Assembly (NCBI GenBank): GCA_051294375.1
Contig: CM119263.1
Location: 10,373,515 to 10,437,514 of the forward strand
Length of the DNA: 64,000 bases
From: Paraspadella gotoi
Taxonomy: Eukaryota > Animalia > Chaetognatha
Reading direction: 5' to 3'
The notes under the pieces are model-generated. The model worked only from the letters and a program-made list of their open reading frames with translations. It searched no databases and had not been told where the DNA came from. The position numbers and the translations under genes are program-made. Of the stretch, positions 30,267-43,941 are shown piece after piece. How positions within the stretch are numbered: the first letter of the stretch is position 1; each line of letters starts with the position of its first letter.

Positions 30267-32371
30267 CCCTCTCTCTCTCTCTCTCTCCTCTCTCTCCTGC
30301 CGCCCCGGTTTTTCTCCGCAGGACATAAAAAATTTTCTATCGCTCACATTTTCCCCTCGCGTGGATCTGACAACAACCGGTTTCTTTTTCCCATGTTTTC
30401 TCTTTCCGCAGCTCTCTCTCTCTCTCTCTCTCTCATTCTCTCTCTCTCTTCTCTCTCTCTCTCTCTCTCTTCTTCTCTCCTCTCTCTCTCTCCGCCTGCT
30501 ATTCATCATGACCTCCCTTCTCCATCATCCAAAGAAATTATCTTCCTTTGCTAAAACTGATACAGCCTTTTCAATGCAAACATTTTTCCCTGAATCGCTT
30601 CGAGATTCTTATTTTCCATTTTTTTTACCTAGAAGCGCATCCCAATTTTTTTTTTAAAAGTCCAAAATAAGTTTTTATAACTTTTCACCCAAAAAACAAG
30701 GTTTTTCTGACGCAAGCTCCATAAGCCGGTCTCTCCCTTTTCTCAGAGTCTAGATTATTATTTTCTTTTGGGTAAACGTTTATTTCAGTACGCCTGGTTT
30801 GAATTGAATGCGCAATTTTGTTTTTACTAAACCAATTTTTGGTAGTGAAGCAAAGGAAACGAATTTTGTTGTAAAAAAGTATTATTTACTTTTAAAAATA
30901 CAATATAGTTAACGAGAAGAAATTGAACAGAGGAAATTCATGGCATTCTGTACAGCAAACTGTAAACAATTGAAGAGGACAACAGGAGGTGGCGAATAAA
31001 CTAACAAAAGGTCAAAAGGTCATTATGACGGACATATAAGCAATTCGCTACATAGATATCGAAGAGTTTGTCTCATGGATAATGATATAGTCATGTTATG
31101 TTCATTGAATATCTGCAATTTATGCTGAGAAAATCTGAGTATGGTAGACTGTAAGTGGTCAGGAGGAAGCATGTGGATCTCTATGTCCTTTTTTTCTCTC
31201 ATACTCTCTTTATAGTCTCGCCAGGCGCGATTTTAGAGACGTTGTTCTTTTATTTGATTCTTCTGCCAGCGAACACGGTGATACATGCCTCCAGGAAAAA
31301 AAAAATTTCGAAGGGAGCGAAAAAGGTCATGTCACCGAATTCGATTTCGATAGTTAATGACGAGTAAATGGTCTTGCGGATTTGACCAGAAAAGGTCCTA
31401 AATTCGTAACCTTCTTTCTTATCTTTCGACCTCTCTTTACTTCTCTAAAATAAAAAAACTTTTTCTTTCTTCTACTGTCATTTTCTCATATCATTGTATT
31501 GCATTAAATGATATGGCGTTAGAAAGCAAGTCGTCTCACCTTTATCATATCCAAAAACTCAATTGCTCATCTTTTTTCTCTACAAGTAATCAATTATTCA
31601 CTTAACTTAGTCGTCATATTTTTCCTTTAAAAAATTTTACAAAAAACAATTTTTTCAAATCTAGGTCACTCGTTTACCCAGGTTTATCACATCTGACCAA
31701 TATCTCATGGGTTTCAATAGGTCAAGAAGGTTTCTTGATCCAACATTTAATGCGATAAATAGCGATTCTTAAAATTAAGAGAGAAATAGATTTCTTCCAA
31801 ATGAGTACTAAATTGTGAAATAGATTCAAATTATATAGAAATTAACTACGTTTCCTGAAATTGATTTTCCCTCTCGTTTCCTTCTATTATTAGAATCGCG
31901 TTAAGAGCAAAAAAATATTCATTTATCACTGGTAGAAAACCATGTCCCCGAAGACGACGACGACGATGACGACGACGACGACGACTAAAAAGACCACGAT
32001 TACACGATCCTCAAAAATATTTGACGTCATCGTCGTCCTCATCTTTGTCATCATCCTAATTGGCCCCCAGGCTTCGTTAGAATCACATTTCGATGAAGGG
32101 CGACTTTTGGGATGGAATTTAGCCCTCAGCGATTCAAGTTTCATCCGGGTTTTTGATTCCCCAAACCCGGAAGCGACGAGCGAACTGATCGTCTCAACGT
32201 CAATTTAAGACAGCGTCACATCAATCAGTTTTTTCCGTCCTCCTCACAAGACACAATGACGATCGCTTCATCGTGACGACATATTACAGTCGCGTCAATG
32301 AGAGAAATCGCGCAATCGGTCCCAAAGCAATTTCGAAGGGACGGAGGGGGAAAAATGCAAGAGAAGATCGG

Positions 32372-32375
32372 GCGA

Positions 32376-32469
<94 letters not shown>
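32372..32469. repeat. (GAC)n microsatellite with GGC interruptions
   Basis: ~32 trinucleotide units. Confidence 0.95.
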
Positions 32470-33004
32470 CGGAGCTCGGCCTCGGGCGGAAAGGCAAAAA
32501 GGAGAGAGAGAAATGAGTCGCTGACATTTTTTAATCTCCGCTTTTTTTTTTATCCATCAGCGATAAATCAATTCTCGATGATTGAGTTGTTTTGCTCCCT
32601 TTTTTTTATGAGCACTGCTTGCTTCCCTTTTTCAAGAGCCCTGCTTGCTACCCCTTTTCAACTGGTACTTCCGTTGTTATTCTTACGTACATTTCCTTTT
32701 TCAATAAGCAGTGAGCACTCCCAGCTCCCATTTTCACTTCCTACCCACCTTCTTCAGTCGGAGCATTGCTTTCTAGAATACTAAAGAAATATATATATAT
32801 AACGTTCGATATACTTTAAATTACTATATTTAGGGTGATAAGTAACTGAATATACGGGAATTTTAAATGTTAAAGAAACTCTGTATGCATGAGTAATTTA
32901 AAAATATTTATAAATACTTAAACTAATAATTACTTTAATAAACATCCCATCGAATGCCGCAGCCCACCGAAATTCATTTCTCAGAAATATAGTCAAAATC
33001 TCCT

Positions 33005-33771
33005 NNNNNNNNNNNNNNNNNNNNNNNNNNNNNNNNNNNNNNNNNNNNNNNNNNNNNNNNNNNNNNNNNNNNNNNNNNNNNNNNNNNNNNNNNNNNNNNN
33101 NNNNNNNNNNNNNNNNNNNNNNNNNNNNNNNNNNNNNNNNNNNNNNNNNNNNNNNNNNNNNNNNNNNNNNNNNNNNNNNNNNNNNNNNNNNNNNNNNNNN
33201 NNNNNNNNNNNNNNNNNNNNNNNNNNNNNNNNNNNNNNNNNNNNNNNNNNNNNNNNNNNNNNNNNNNNNNNNNNNNNNNNNNNNNNNNNNNNNNNNNNNN
33301 NNNNNNNNNNNNNNNNNNNNNNNNNNNNNNNNNNNNNNNNNNNNNNNNNNNNNNNNNNNNNNNNNNNNNNNNNNNNNNNNNNNNNNNNNNNNNNNNNNNN
33401 NNNNNNNNNNNNNNNNNNNNNNNNNNNNNNNNNNNNNNNNNNNNNNNNNNNNNNNNNNNNNNNNNNNNNNNNNNNNNNNNNNNNNNNNNNNNNNNNNNNN
33501 NNNNNNNNNNNNNNNNNNNNNNNNNNNNNNNNNNNNNNNNNNNNNNNNNNNNNNNNNNNNNNNNNNNNNNNNNNNNNNNNNNNNNNNNNNNNNNNNNNNN
33601 NNNNNNNNNNNNNNNNNNNNNNNNNNNNNNNNNNNNNNNNNNNNNNNNNNNNNNNNNNNNNNNNNNNNNNNNNNNNNNNNNNNNNNNNNNNNNNNNNNNN
33701 NNNNNNNNNNNNNNNNNNNNNNNNNNNNNNNNNNNNNNNNNNNNNNNNNNNNNNNNNNNNNNNNNNNNNNN
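33005..33771. other. Largest assembly gap (767 N)
   Basis: Run of N. Other gaps: 13154-13279, 14180-14439, 14611-14877, 15107-15352, 16574-16994, 18826-19287, 19882-20107, 22264-22288, 54497-54688, 55387-55520, 56060-56183, 57098-57309, 63503-63664. Most abut AG/CT tracts. Confidence 0.98.
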
Positions 33772-33782
33772 NCACGAGGGAA

Positions 33783-33834
<52 letters not shown>

Positions 33835-34354
33835 GTTTGATTCGTTCCTAATTCGCTAAGCGGCCCCCTCTTTTCCCCCCTGCTGACTGAATCCCACAGA
33901 GAATGGATCCGCGATTCCCCCAGAGAATCGACAATCTCACTTCACATTTATCCACAACACAAATCGACCACTTTAATACCCACATTCGATTTATCCACAA
34001 CAGTATCCGCCTTAATTTTCGTATTTTATTTGCCCACAACACGGTCTCTAGCGAAGTTTCCCACAATGATCAAGTCCGATTAATTTCTTAAATTCGGTAA
34101 ATACAAAACACCAATAAGATTTATTGACCACCCCACGTCACTAAAACCACCTTCTTTTTATTGACCTCATTTTTCTTGACCACCCCATGGCACGAAAACC
34201 ACCTTTTTCTTTCGAGATTAATCTTTTTGCTCCTATATTCTCTCTCCTTTCAGAGAGACCCGCACCTCAGTGAGAATTGCTTGCCTCGAAACGGCTGGTG
34301 GCCATACCAGCACCATAAACCCATATCGAATTCAATCTCCTTTATTCTCTCTTC

Positions 34355-34404
<50 letters not shown>

Positions 34405-35091
34405 TTCTCTCTCTCTCTGCTCTCTCCTCCCTCTCTCTCTCTCTCTCCCTCTCCCTGATCGAAATCTCATTGGTATTTTACTTCGAGGATCGACGGGGCG
34501 CCAAAGCGGAAGGACGGAGGGGCGGGCGGTGGATCTTGGAGGAGGCCGTGAAGAGCCGTGGGGGCTGCGTGGGCCACAGGGGGCTGAGTCGGCTCGATCG
34601 GCGGGGGGGGGGGGGGCAAAAACGCCCCGAGGATCCTGTTTTCGCCCGATCGATCCGTCGCGCCGAAAAAATTTACGGTCGGAAATGTAAACCATTGTAA
34701 AACGAATGTAAAAAAAATGAAGAGAGATGGTGAATGATGGGAATAGGGAGGAGGGAGGAACAAAGGGTGAGAAAGGAAAAATAAGGGAGAAGGGATAATG
34801 AGTCGGGCAGCGAGTTAAAAGGAAAAAGCGGAGCGAGAGTAATGAGAAAATAAAATTGGGGAGAGTTTCGGGAAGAGGAATTGCTGGGGTATATAGAGAC
34901 TGGTGCAGGATGGACGATAGTTCGAGAGAGAGAGAGAGTGGGGGGGGGGAACAAACCGTACTATCTCCTGTTTTTCCTGGTTTTCAAACTTATTTTCGAG
35001 TTCGACAGAAAAATGTGAAAAATGTTACGAGGCGAGAGTCCGTTGTTTCTCTCACGGCCGGGGCGGTGATTTAAGAGAGAGAGAGAGGGAG

Positions 35092-35094
<3 letters not shown>

Positions 35095-35180
<86 letters not shown>
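35095..35180. repeat. (AG)n microsatellite
   Basis: Pure AG run of ~85 bp, one of dozens in the window. Confidence 0.95.
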
Positions 35181-35184
<4 letters not shown>

Positions 35185-36048
35185 TAGGAGTGAGAGAAAG
35201 ATGAATGGAGATGGGTTTTCGAAATTTGTTCCGTCGTTTATTTCTCGCTGTATTCGACACAAATTTATTTTCGTAGTCAGTTTTTGTTTTGTTTTTGTTT
35301 TCCTCTTCCGCTTCCTCGTCATTGTTATCCGCACACTTTTGGTCGTTTTTTTTTCTTATATTTCGTTTTGTAAAGAATTGTCTCAGTTTCTTTCACAGTC
35401 CTTTTTTTCTTCAGTATTACTATTACATCATTTGCTCTTTAGTTAACATACGTAAATGTAGATTTTTAGAATAGAGAAAGCATTAAAAATAAATTCAAAT
35501 AATTTTTTGGCAACATTTCTCCCTTCTTATTTGACAATTCAATAGTAAACTCATTGTGAAAAAAATTGAGCCAAATATTTTATTTTATTTTACATTCATT
35601 AGTTAGTTTAATGTCTTGGAAGAATGCTAAAATTTTTTTATTAATATATTTCAAGGTTTAGTTAATTTGGTCACAGTATTTGATAATTTCATTTCACTCC
35701 CATTTGAAATGCGTGTATTAACGTCTATTCTCGTCCTCAAGGATTCAAGTTTATTCCCCTTTTTTACCAGTTACTTCACCACTTTACCACTTCGCCACTT
35801 TACCACCTCACCAGTTTAGATTTCTCTCTCCCGACCTTGTCACGAGCGTCTTCTTTAACGTCACGTGTTCTACGTTTTGGTCAGTTAACTTCGTTTCTCC
35901 AAAGTCCAAAGTCAAGGATGTCAGACTCATAAAAACGGCAAAACCCGAAACCTCGTAAAGTTTCGTCGCAGGAGAAATAGTTTCACAGCTCGGATTTTTA
36001 TGGAGCTGAGGTTTTTGAACGAGACCATTGTCCACTGGACATTACTCT

Positions 36049-36142
<94 letters not shown>

Positions 36143-38841
36143 GCGAATATTTACAAACGCAGACACAATCTCTTCCCAAAGATTCCAAGACGATACTTCT
36201 TCATATCCTACATACCCTTCCTCTATTTTCTTTCTCTCTCCCCTCCTCCTCCCACGCCCTGCCCCTTCCTCTTTCCCACCTCCTTCCCGCTCTCCTCCCT
36301 CGACGGAAAAACCCGAACGACTTCACTCAAACGTCTTTCCTAAGATTTTATCTCACTTTCTTTTTTCGTCTTATCGATAATCTGGTGGAAAGGGGGTAAA
36401 GAGGGGAAAAAGGGGTAGATAAGGAGAAAAATGGGGGAGTATGTGTATAAGCTCCGTTGAAAAGAAGGGAGCACCGGGAGGATGTGACAAAGCCGAGAAG
36501 TTTTAGAACTGAGGGTAAATGATGGAGGTGAAAGAATTTTGTAGCGATTTTAGCAAAAGGAGTGCGAATTGTGAAATAACAGGAGAATCTGAGAAGTGAA
36601 AAAAAACTAGTTTGTTCGAATCTCACCCGTTACGAAAAGTATTAGAAATTGAGCGACCTATTAAGAGTAATTAAGGCACTACTCAGCGACAGATTTAGCG
36701 AAATTGTGTTGACTGCAGCCTGTACGTACATCGCAGAATTCAAGCTGGAACGAAAAAAAAAGAGAGCATAAATCAGTTGGTTGTCAACGGCGCAGGACTG
36801 GCTGGAGTGAGCGACCGGGATTTTTCAAAAGAGTCGGACCAATCGAGATAACAAACGATTTTCCCGCAGTTTCTCTTTTTCCTTTGTTTTCTTTTTAAAC
36901 GGACTTTTGTGATTCTTCTATTTTTTTTTTTTAAACAAAAATGATCGATGTTGAAATCGCAGTTTCTGTCGAGAGTTTCGATGATTTGTGACTCAACAGC
37001 AGCGACATACATGAGACAGAGTCGGTGAACTGACGTGAGACAGTCATGCGTTTTAGACTTTGAGGGGCATTTCATACAGATGACTTTGGAATAATGTTAA
37101 ATATATAAAGAGTATTGACACGTATTAACATGAAACTGGGTTGTTTTTAACACTCAATTTACATTTATAAAAGATGTACCGAGTTTTTATATACAATTCC
37201 ATGGAGATACATCTAAATATTACCAAGCAGCCAAAGAAACCACGCAGGGCTGGAGTTCATCGAGATGTTAACAGTCCTTATGAAAAATGAAAACAACGAT
37301 TAAGAATCTACTATTATTTTCTTTAAATAAAATTTCCTATTGCCAACCTCGGCCTAAGTTCATTGAACTGATAAAGTTTTCAAGTCGTAAGCCTTGAGAC
37401 TAAAAGTCTGAAAAATCGGGACTGAGGCTACCGAATCTAGACCGTTACGAGTCTAATAGATGTAAGGCGTTGAAAATGTTATACGTTGCTGCATTTGTAT
37501 TGTCGAAAAAAAAAAATAGAAAAACTTAAACAATAAATTTCTAAATTTACGAAGAGAGAGTAAAACTACAAATGAAAAAAAAAAAACCGTCAAAACGAAT
37601 TTAAAAAAAATAGAAAAACTGTAAAAAAAAAAAAAAATTACAAAAGTTTAAAAAAAAAAAAAAAAATGTTTTTTTTTGGGAAAACCTTTTATCCTTGTTT
37701 TTTTCCGATTTTGACGTTTATTCTCTTGACTTTTGGGAAAAAAAAATAAAATCCAGGTCCAATTTCAAAAGCATCATCAGCGGGTTCGTCCGCCGTTCTC
37801 CTCCGGGAGGGTGGAGGGTAGAAAAGGAGAAAGGCACAAATAGGGTTGGGGCGGAGAGAATGATTGACATCCGAGAGAACAGAGAAAAGTTTGGGCTTGA
37901 TAGACTTAACTTGACGGGAAAGACTGATGGTCCTCTCCCAAACGGACGGCTGAATTACTCGCCAAGAAAAACGTTTTGAAACAATGCACCGATTCTAATT
38001 GTAATTTTTTTGATTTATTCAAATACAAGTTTTAAAGGAAATTAATTTGTGATCCGGCGGACGTAAATGTCGACCAAAAACTATAAAATTAAAACTCGAA
38101 CACCATGTTGAGACCCCTGTAGTAATTTTTTTTGGTTATGAATAAATGTAAAAACCTTTTTACAAATTCACCACACGAACCAAATTCTAAATACGAAGTG
38201 AAGGGAAAAAAAAAACCGAGAAAAGTAATTAGCTGAGATGTCGCGTGATTCAATGCGAAACACACGCCACGTGAAATGTCATGAAATACGACGTGAAGGC
38301 TCGTGAAAAAAACAAAACCGATCCAAGCTTCGATTTTTTTCTTTCAAACAAAAAAAGAAAAAAAAAAAGAGAAAAACTCCTTCCGGGAATTTTTTTTTTG
38401 TAACAAAGTCTTTCTCTGTTTCTAATCTTGGAAAATAAAAAAAAAAAACTCGAGACGGTTAGTTTCAAAATTCGAAGACGGACATAAAGCAGAAATAAAA
38501 CGGACATAAAACAGACACGCAGAATGTATAGATGACAAAGGATCGATTCTCAGGGGGAAAAAAATACGCGATAAAGGGAAAAGAGAGAAGAAAAAAAAGA
38601 ATAAGGAGAAATAAAGGAAGATAGAGAAGAATAAAAATGAGCGAAGGGTGACGGAGAAAGAAAAAGAAAGTTAAGAAGTAAGAAAGAAAAAAAAAGAGAA
38701 AGTTGTCTCAGAGGGGGATCATGAAAATAGACTCAATAAAAATTAAAAATATATATAAATAGAAGAATGATGTTGATAAGAAAATAGAGAGAGGGAGAGA
38801 GAGAGAAAGAGAGCTGAGCAGAGAGAGAGAGAAGAGGAGAG

Positions 38842-38899
<58 letters not shown>

Positions 38900-39291
38900 A
38901 CATGACGAAACGTTCTTGAGCTTCAAAAGCCCGAGTAATTTAACAAATAGAATTGATTGGGCGAATAAAAAAAAAAAAAAATAAGATTTGAAAAATCGGT
39001 TCTATAAAAGAAATGAATTTAAAAAAAAGTTTTCTTAAGATCAGGAGCCAACTAAAGACAATAAGTCAGAGGGATATTATCGATGGATATAATATATTAT
39101 CTCTCTTCTCCTTTCGTCGTCTTACGGCGAACAGTTTGAATTCGATATTTCAGTCTGGTCAACTTCTCCTGTCTGATGATTATATAACTAATATGATTAC
39201 AACTAAAAAACTCTGCCTGATGATTTCTCTGAGCAATAAAAACCCAGTCGCGGTTTTGAAACGCGAAACCCCAAGACGACCGCCCACTCTC

Positions 39292-39355
<64 letters not shown>

Positions 39356-39887
39356 TCCTAGGACATTTAAAATCATTAAATTTTTTAATTTTACAATTGA
39401 ATTGACTGTACAGTATATTCCGAAGTTAACAACCGAGTTAAATCTTTTACTCCGTGCTTAGCTGCTAAGTATATTGTATTCCGCCCATTGAAAATTTTAG
39501 CCCTATTTTCTAATTCTATGGAGCGGGGTCGGTATTTAAAAGCTGAAAGCTGAAAGCTGAAACGTTGAAACTTTTAACTATTAACAAAGATTCTCTAAAT
39601 ATAGTAAAACGAGGTGGTAGATCTTAAATCTGACAATTATCGTCGTCACCAACGAAGAACCGGAATATCGTGTGTTATCTCAACCACCACATTCTCCTCC
39701 TCCTCCTCCTCTTCCTCCTCCTCTTTCTCCTCCAGCCAAAACAACAACAACAACAACAACAGGAATCACAACAAAGCCATTCGGATTTTCGACGTCTGAG
39801 GTTTTTAGTTTCAGGTTCTTATCGATTCGCCGTTGGGGTTCGAACCCGAGATGTTTTTCAGACTTCATTCTATGTTCCTGGTTTTTT

Positions 39888-39919
<32 letters not shown>

Positions 39920-40406
39920 GGTTTTAAATATGACACGAAATTAAAGATAAAGCGAAGAGAGAAAAAAAAATGTGATCGCGTGATCGGTTCGATTGAATTC
40001 ACATCTGATCACGTGACGCATCTTTCACCTGCCAAGGTTGCGTGGGCAAAAATTTAGATGGTCGAATTATCTTGTCGTATAATCACTTAATAATGTAAGC
40101 ATCTCGAATCTAGTTTTTTTTTGTGACAGTTTGTCATTTAATTTTTCCATCAGTTGGTGTATCGGTGATTTCATTTAGAATTCTATGTATATGATAATAT
40201 ATGATATAAAATATCTACATATGATTATCGAGCCGCTTGTCATGTATCTCAAAGGCAAACTGAAGCTCGCCTTATCTCTTTTTTCGTGAGATCGCATCAA
40301 TCTGTTTTTGGAATCGTCACGTGACCAAATCGGATTACATCGTGATCAGATGTCGCGTAGATGAGATTGTCACCGGGTGACCTTTTCACGAGAGCCCAAC
40401 GTGATA

Positions 40407-40475
40407 ATCATCATCGTCATCATCAATCATTATCATCATCAATCATTATCATCATCAATCATCATCATCATCATC

Positions 40476-40535
<60 letters not shown>
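40407..40535. repeat. (CAT)n microsatellite, degenerate at the 5' end
   Basis: atc/cat units, perfect from ~40478 to 40535. Confidence 0.92.
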
Positions 40536-40536
<1 letters not shown>

Positions 40537-42519
40537 TTCCGCCTCGTCTCGTCTCCCTCCATTTTGTCATCTTCCTCTCCATTAAATTCTGTCTGATCCT
40601 CTTCATTAGCGAAAAGGTAAGTCGGGCTCGTCTTACCTTTCATAATCGAACCCACCTGACGGCTCATTCATGCGTTTAAAAAGAAACTTAATCTTATCCA
40701 TCTCCTTTTCTCCTTCTCTTCCTCCTCCTCTTCCTCCTCTTGCTCCTCCTCCTCTTCTTAACCATGAACAGGAAACGAAAAACATAATTATTTCCCTTTT
40801 AACTATTAATTCTTGAATTCTCGCTGTCTACTACGTAAGAACTCAGGATTTGATTTGATTCGATTTAAACGCACTTCGCCCGCCCATGTTTTAGTTAACT
40901 TTTTATGAAATTTTTCCCGATTTCCCCTTATACAACCTCGTTAATTATAATTATTTTCCCTTAAGATGATAAAAGTACCAAAATATACTTTTTTTTCCGC
41001 AACATATTAGGCAATGTAATGTAGAATAATGACGTAATTTACCCGGAAGAAACCAGACTAAAAACTTCTGCGCCCTGCCGCACATTGTAACGGTCGTCGT
41101 CGTCGTCATCGTCGTCGTCGTGTTCACCCGTTCACCCTCATCGACTCCAGAGTCATCAATCATCGTCGTCGTCTTCGTCGTCGTCTTCGTCGTCGTCATC
41201 TTCGTCGTCGTCTCCAGGCAAATGATAGGCAAGAGACTTCTCCCTCTACTCACTCTCCGATTCACGCAAAAATGAATTTTAAATAACTTTTGCTATTAAA
41301 ACCGAATTGAGTCGCGATGCCTTTTTTTTCCATCTTTTTTTCATTTTTTTTTTCATCGAGGTTGCACTTTTTTTTATCGTCGTCGTCGTCTTCGTCAACG
41401 TCACGTATGTCGTCGTCGTTACCATCTTTGTTGACACGATGAACGTCATTGCAAAGGTCGTTCTATATATATTCTATATATCATTATTCCTGAACTTATA
41501 AAAGAGTTTTGATCTCCACTCTTCATTGCAGTTGTGACTGTTGTTTGTCGTTTTTGCCATCAAAGTCACTTTGGTCGTTTCCTTCGTCTTGGACGTCGTT
41601 GTCGTGCTAATCTTAGTCGTCGTCGTCGTCGTCATCGTCGTCGTCGTCTTCCCCAGGGGTCATCACGACTCTGTCGTGTGAAACTGGTGAAGACTTTTCA
41701 CAAACGGAGTGAAAAGGAGGCTAATGTGGTTCAGAAGAGGAAGAAGAAGATCAAGAGGACGATTTCGTTGAATATTCAGGATATTAAAAAAAATTAAAAA
41801 CATCCTAATTTTTACATATTGCTCAAAAATATTTAAAGAATACGCAAAAGAGTTGATATTTATGTATTTTTAAGATGCATAAGAATATCCTACATCATAA
41901 GAAAGTTTCAGAATATTCAATAGTTTAAAATTTTCTGAATTATGATCCTGAGAACTTTGGCTCCTTCCGGAAAATATCCCGGGGTTTCATACGTGGGAGA
42001 AAAGAGACAATCCGTCTGTACTCTGATCCACTCAGCATTTCCCTCGCACGCAATCTCACGAAAGAAGATTTATAAGCTCTTGGATGCATGCCTCCCATCG
42101 GCATTGCATGCGATTTGCACGAAAGTCCATGGTTCAAGCCCATTCAGGTTTTTCCGTAAAAGTGATTTAATTTTTTTCCCCGTGAAATGGTGGCGACTTT
42201 AACTCAAACTCTTGTCGATTTAGTGGCCATTGTGGAGATTGCTCTTGGCGGTGCAAACAATTAATGTAATTTTTTTTCGTGATCAGCATCAGTTGGAATC
42301 GATTATTGCGTTTCCGTTGTCTTCAGAATCGACATTCCCCCCCCAAGGCGTCTTTGTAAAATCTATTTAGAATTGGAAATTGTGTTTTCATTTCCATTGG
42401 AGTCGGCAATTGTTTTTGTGACGCTGTTGAAAGATTTAAAGATTGTATCGAATAAAATCTTCACTACAATGACTCGGTTTAAAAGTCGTTGCGTTTTTCT
42501 TTCCCCTCATCTCTCTTCT

Positions 42520-42630
<111 letters not shown>

Positions 42631-42724
42631 TTTGCTCGGCAGAGAAGGAAATGGCGCGAGAGAATTTTTTCCACGAGTTTAAAGGAGAAAAAAAAAGAGG
42701 CCATCGACGCGGTAATGGGGAGAG

Positions 42725-42904
42725 TGGCATGGGTCGACATGGCATGGGTCGCGATGGCATGGATCGAGATGGCATGGGTCGACATGGCACGAGTCGGGAT
42801 GGCACGGGTCGGGATGGCATTGGTCGACATGGCACGGGTCTAGATGGCACGGGTCGGGATGGCATGGGTCGACATGGCACGGGTCGGGATGGCATAGGTC
42901 GGGA
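42725..42904 (+). repeat. 15-bp GC-rich minisatellite, 12 copies
   Basis: Units tggcatgggtcgaca / tggcacgggtcggga, exact period 15 with no indels. Confidence 0.95.
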
Positions 42905-43941
42905 TTAGACGTTGAGGAATGCTATGGGAACATAAGAAGATCACTGGAAGGACTTTAAGTTTTTTAGTTAATGTGTATAGGATCGTTGTTCTAGGCAAAT
43001 GTGAGAATATCACTACTAACTATATTTTTTATAAAAAAATAAAACATTGCATTGAATTGAATTTAAGTAAAAAATAGTCAACGATGGTAAAGAGAAGATA
43101 TTTAATTGACAGGGAATTTAGGTCAAACTAAAAAGTGGAATGTAAAATTGTAGAGGATTAACTTTAAAGGAGAATAATCAAATGTGATAAGAAAGAAGAA
43201 AATGAGATAGAAAAAAGTTTGTAAAGTATACATGTTATGAAATTGGTACAACCAATATAAAAATTATCCATTCATTTAATAAATAAGCTATCTTGCCCCT
43301 GACTTTGGACAGGCTTTGGTGGTTTAAGGCCTCCATCACTCTTACACATATATAATATATATATATGGGTGAAAAAAATAAAAGGAAAAAAAAATATTAG
43401 AAAGATGAAAAATGATTAAGCGCAATTAAACCTTAATTCACTTTGACGCTAAAACATAATAAAATTGAAAAGTTAATACAAAATCTTTGATTGATTTAAA
43501 GCCACACATTTCCCGTCGTCGTCGTCGTCGTCGTCGTCGTTATAATCGTACTCTAAAGCTAATCGTCGTCGCGATAGTCGTCATCCTCGTCGTCGTTGTC
43601 TCTTTATCGCAACAGCATCAGTCGATGTTGCATCGACGACTCAATGAAGATTCGCGAATTCGTCTCACGCGCATCGAGACTCAAATCTCGTCGGCGACAA
43701 AAACGCAAATTTCCTCCTCCGCCCCTTCCTCCTCCTCCTGCTCCGCCCCCTCCTCCTCATCTTCGCCGATGACGACACATTGGTCTAATTGTCATGGGCA
43801 ACTTCCATCTGGGACCCATGAAGCACCATGAATTTTAAGTGGAGATGTCGTGAGGAGTTGTGAGCGTTGTTTGTTATCGTTTTTATCAGGTGAAGAGGAT
43901 TATAGTAACCTATGAAAATTTGCAAATTACTTGTTTCACTA

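Larger units (their letters stand above)
23725..31272 (-). repeat. Large inverted duplication, right arm (gap-free, indel-rich)
   Basis: Reverse complement of 13386-20757. It supplies sequence where the left arm has Ns and is interrupted by the array at 24321-24883. Confidence 0.95.

Noticed and set aside
33948-33999. Two TTATCCACA DnaA-box consensus matches
   Set aside because: Eukaryotic context with no bacterial genes; they belong to a degenerate ~43-bp local repeat.
39836-39848. GGGTTCGAACCC B-box/T-arm as a tRNA gene
   Set aside because: No A-box, acceptor stem or anticodon arm in the flanks.
41940-42202. Higher-complexity patch with short ORFs on both strands
   Set aside because: No recognisable motif or clear splice boundaries in any frame, so it cannot be supported as coding.
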